Assembly (NCBI GenBank): GCA_965207175.1
Contig: OZ242269.1
Coordinates: 1,479,765-1,543,764 of the forward strand
Source of the DNA: Nitrospirales bacterium
GTDB lineage: Bacteria; Nitrospirota; Nitrospiria; Nitrospirales; UBA8639
DNA: 64,000 nucleotides
Direction: 5' to 3'
Below the pieces are notes generated by a model that saw nothing but the letters and a program-made list of their open reading frames with translations, was not told the DNA's origin and searched no databases. A program made the position numbers and the translations under genes. This document shows positions 61,330 through 64,000 of this stretch, piece after piece (the first letter of the stretch is position 1; every line of letters begins with the position of its first letter).

Positions 61330-62217
61330 ATGGAGACGTATGAAACCAGCCACAAGGAAGTCATGAGACGGTGTTCCGCCATCGGGACCATTCTCCGGTC
61401 TGCCATCAAGAAGTTTTTTGATGATCATGGGCTATTTTTAGCCTCCGGGCTTTCCTTTGATTTGGTGTTGTACTGTTTGCCCCTGCTTTTTATATTCGTG
61501 TCGGCCCTGGGGTACACCGTGGTCGGATCAGACCAGGCCCTGGCGTGGACACATATGATCATGAAGGACCTTCTCCCCGGTTCGGAAAAATTCTTCCTCA
61601 ACATGCTTGATACCATCATGGCCAATCGCGGGGCCCTGGGGGTCACGGGGCTGGTGATGTTTGTGATTTTCAGCAGTGCGGTGTTTTCGTCAGCCCGGCA
61701 TGTCTTAAACGCTGTCTTTCAGGTCGAGACCGCCGCCGCTTTCCTGAAGGGGAAACTGGTTGATCTGATCCTCATGGTGGTCATGTCCTTGTTGCTCATC
61801 TCAACCGCCCTTCTGGCGTCGGGGGTTTCCGTGATCCAGACATTTGGGGCATCCCTCCCGTTTATCGGGGGCATGCTGAATCCCTTTGAGGTGTTGCTTG
61901 GAAAGATTCTAAGTTTTACGTTTCTGGCCGTCCTGTTTTATATGTTTTACCGGCTTGCGACCGATTCCCCATTACGTCAGCCCGCGCTATGGGTGGGAGC
62001 ATGTGCCGGCGCGGGATTGTTTGAATTGTCAAAAGCCGCTTTTGCGTACTATGTGTCAATAGCGGAACTCATGACGTCCTTTTACGGGGTGTTGAGCGGC
62101 ATGATGTTTTTCATTCTCTGGATTTACTACGCCTCCGTGGTCTTTATCATCGGGGCGGAAATCGGGTGGGCCTATAACCGGCTTCAGTGGGAAAAGCACG
62201 AGACGGCTCCGGACTAA
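61330..62217 (+). CDS. YihY/BrkB family inner-membrane protein
   Basis: 295 aa. FFDDHGLFLASGLSFDLVLYCLPLLFIF..., six TM segments, and YASVVFIIGAEIG at the end are typical of YihY. Confidence 0.8.
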   Translation: METYETSHKEVMRRCSAIGTILRSAIKKFFDDHGLFLASGLSFDLVLYCLPLLFIFVSALGYTVVGSDQALAWTHMIMKDLLPGSEKFFLNMLDTIMANRGALGVTGLVMFVIFSSAVFSSARHVLNAVFQVETAAAFLKGKLVDLILMVVMSLLLISTALLASGVSVIQTFGASLPFIGGMLNPFEVLLGKILSFTFLAVLFYMFYRLATDSPLRQPALWVGACAGAGLFELSKAAFAYYVSIAELMTSFYGVLSGMMFFILWIYYASVVFIIGAEIGWAYNRLQWEKHETAPD

Positions 62218-62445
62218 TGGACAAGGTTCAGCACACCGTCTGGCTCACGGTTGAGCCTTCCGCTTGCATCGGCGGGCTGCCCGTTTCCATCAGGAAAGCA
62301 ATGGAACGGTTGAAGCAATGGTGCATGGATGTGAACAACGCGCAGTCGGCAGTGGCGTTTTGTGGATGTGGATGAGAAAAGTTTTGACAGATACAGACCA
62401 AAATCGTTTGACGAGTTCATCAGGAATTTTAAGGAAGACCACTAA
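62217..62445 (+). pseudogene. Possible frameshifted relic of the C-terminal end of a restriction-type (res/HsdR-like) helicase
   Basis: The frame from 62217 reads MDKVQHTVWLTVEPSACIGGLPVSIRKAMERLKQWCMDVNNAQSAVAF, then stops. A -1/+2 shift at ~62353 continues WRFVDVDEKSFDRYRPKSFDEFIRNFKEDH*. The ...K......WC..vN...... then W.fv.v.e..F pattern recalls C-termini of type III-res/DEAD restriction helicases. Based on memory of that pattern only. Confidence 0.3.
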
Positions 62446-62530
62446 GCCAGGAATGTGGCATACTATGATTCTCATTGCGTCTTGTTAGCCCTCTAAGCCT
62501 TTCAACTGTCTCCACACTTCGTACTTTCCC

Positions 62531-63781
62531 ATGGATTTTTTCGACATACTGGCCATCGTCTTGAGCCTGACCGCCGGGTTCTCGTATCTCAACTATCGGT
62601 TCATTGGGCTACCCGTCACGATCGGCGTGATGGTGATTGCTCTGGTCGCCTCCCTGCTGCTGCATGGGATTGACCTTCTGGGATTTCATCTGGAAGACCA
62701 TGCCCGTGTGTGGTTGCAATCCATTGATTTTAACAAGACGCTGCTGCACGGCATGTTGAGTTTTTTGCTTTTTGCGGGGGCGCTGCACGTCAATGTTCAC
62801 GATCTGTTCAATCAAAAATGGACCATTGGCTCGTTGGCCACTTTCGGCATCCTGCTCTCGACGTTGTTGGTGGGTACGTTCACGTACTGGGTGCTGGACC
62901 TGATCGGCCTTCCTCTGTCCTGGCTCACCTGCCTGATCTTTGGAGCCCTGATCTCACCGACCGACCCCATTGCGGTGCTGGGCATTTTGAAACATGCCAA
63001 CGCGCCCAAAAATCTGGAAGTGAAGATTACCGGTGAATCGCTTTTTAACGATGGCGTGGGGATTGTGGTCTTTCTGGTCCTGGTCGAACTGGCGGCTGAC
63101 ACGCACGCGCCGACCATGGGCCATATCGTTGGCCTGTTTGCGCAGGAAGCCGTGGGCGGTGTGCTCCTCGGATTGGGACTGGGCGCGCTGGCCTGTTGGC
63201 TCTTGAAAAGTATTGACCAGTATCAAATCGAAGTTATGCTCACGCTGGCGATTGTCGCTGGCGGCTATGCGCTGGCGAGTGCGTGGCATCTTTCCGGTCC
63301 CATCGCCGTCGTCGTGGCGGGGTTGATGGTGGGGAATCACGGGCGCGCATTCGCCATGTCGGATAAAACGCGCGAGCATCTGGACCTGTTCTGGGAACTG
63401 ATTGACGAGATTCTGAACGCAATCCTGTTTGTGTTGATCGGCCTGGAAGCGCTCATCCTCACGTTCACCCACCAGTATCTCCTCGCCGGCGTGGTGGTGA
63501 TTCCGCTCATTCTCCTGTCGCGTCTGCTGGCGATTGGAGTGCCCATGACGCTGCTGCGTCTCGTGCGATCATTTACGCCCGGCGCGGTGTGGCTGATGAC
63601 CTGGGGCGGCCTGCGGGGAGGCATCAGCGTGGCCCTGGCCCTGTCATTGGAGGCCGGGCCTGAACGGGACATCATCGTGGCGATGACCTATGTCGTCGTG
63701 GTGTTTTCCATTGTGGTCCAGGGGCTGACCATGGACAAACTGGTGAAACGTCTGGTGCCCCGGTCGGGGCCCGCTTCGTGA
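62531..63781 (+). CDS. Na+/H+ antiporter (CPA1/NhaP-type cation:proton antiporter)
   Basis: 416 aa with ~11-12 TM segments. FGALISPTDPIAVLGILK and ESLFNDGVGIVVF are CPA1 signatures. Confidence 0.85.
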   Translation: MDFFDILAIVLSLTAGFSYLNYRFIGLPVTIGVMVIALVASLLLHGIDLLGFHLEDHARVWLQSIDFNKTLLHGMLSFLLFAGALHVNVHDLFNQKWTIGSLATFGILLSTLLVGTFTYWVLDLIGLPLSWLTCLIFGALISPTDPIAVLGILKHANAPKNLEVKITGESLFNDGVGIVVFLVLVELAADTHAPTMGHIVGLFAQEAVGGVLLGLGLGALACWLLKSIDQYQIEVMLTLAIVAGGYALASAWHLSGPIAVVVAGLMVGNHGRAFAMSDKTREHLDLFWELIDEILNAILFVLIGLEALILTFTHQYLLAGVVVIPLILLSRLLAIGVPMTLLRLVRSFTPGAVWLMTWGGLRGGISVALALSLEAGPERDIIVAMTYVVVVFSIVVQGLTMDKLVKRLVPRSGPAS

Positions 63782-63822
63782 GCCTTGCCCGTTCCCGCAA
63801 CAGGACGTGAAGGGAGTTGCCG

Positions 63823-64000
63823 ATGGCACCCGACATCATCCATGTCACCCTCGCGATGCTGGCGTCCGGCTTTTGGGTGCCGGTCGGGTTGTGGCTTATG
63901 AGTCACCGCCGCTCGCTGACGATGTTGGCATCCGTCCCGGTTGACGAGCGCCAACAACTTCCGAGCGTCTCCATCGTGATTCCCGCTCGCAATGAAGAAC
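63823..64000 (+). CDS. Family-2 glycosyltransferase, N-terminal 59 codons (runs off the right edge)
   Basis: MAPDIIHVTLAMLASGFWVPVGLWLMSHRRSLTMLASVPVDERQQLPSVSIVIPARNEE. A TM segment followed by P.vSivIPArNEe is the usual GT2 N-terminus. Absent from the ORF track because it is open at the edge. Confidence 0.6.
   Translation, partial: MAPDIIHVTLAMLASGFWVPVGLWLMSHRRSLTMLASVPVDERQQLPSVSIVIPARNEE

Overview
This window is the chromosomal replication-origin region of a moderately high-GC, Gram-negative-type bacterium; the lineage cannot be fixed from sequence alone. Core genes on the left are rfaE2, mfd, a SurA-like PPIase, engB, smpB, a DUF721/DciA-like gene, pcm and dapF. Further right, gyrA-gyrB-dnaN-dnaA lie on the minus strand, followed by an AT-rich oriC candidate with DnaA boxes (40.9-41.2 kb), a DsrF/DsrH-like pair and hisS. 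The plus strand then carries rpmH-rnpA-yidD-yidC-mnmE-mnmG-rsmG-parA-parB-bactofilin-mnmA-atpHAGDC-rluD, tRNA-Arg(TCG), yihY and nhaP. Accessory content: (1) a ~9.3 kb defence island at 11.25-20.5 kb, made of a relic hsdM, a relic rhuM, an intact type I hsdM-hsdS-hsdR and a tightly linked GmrSD-like DUF262/DUF1524 nuclease; (2) a second hsdR at the left edge; (3) a helicase C-terminal relic at 62.2 kb; (4) a cytochrome c peroxidase, MscS, DoxX and an OMF-MFP-RND efflux operon. The most unusual sequence-level signal is a pervasive structured repeat family of ATTCTC-N-GGGAAT hairpins: about 47 copies in eight intergenic arrays, roughly 7% of the window, with covarying stems. A second ~85-nt module with its own covarying GC hairpin occurs three times. 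All functional calls rest on motif recognition in the supplied translations and on manual reading of the DNA. No database search, HMM scan or folding program was available.
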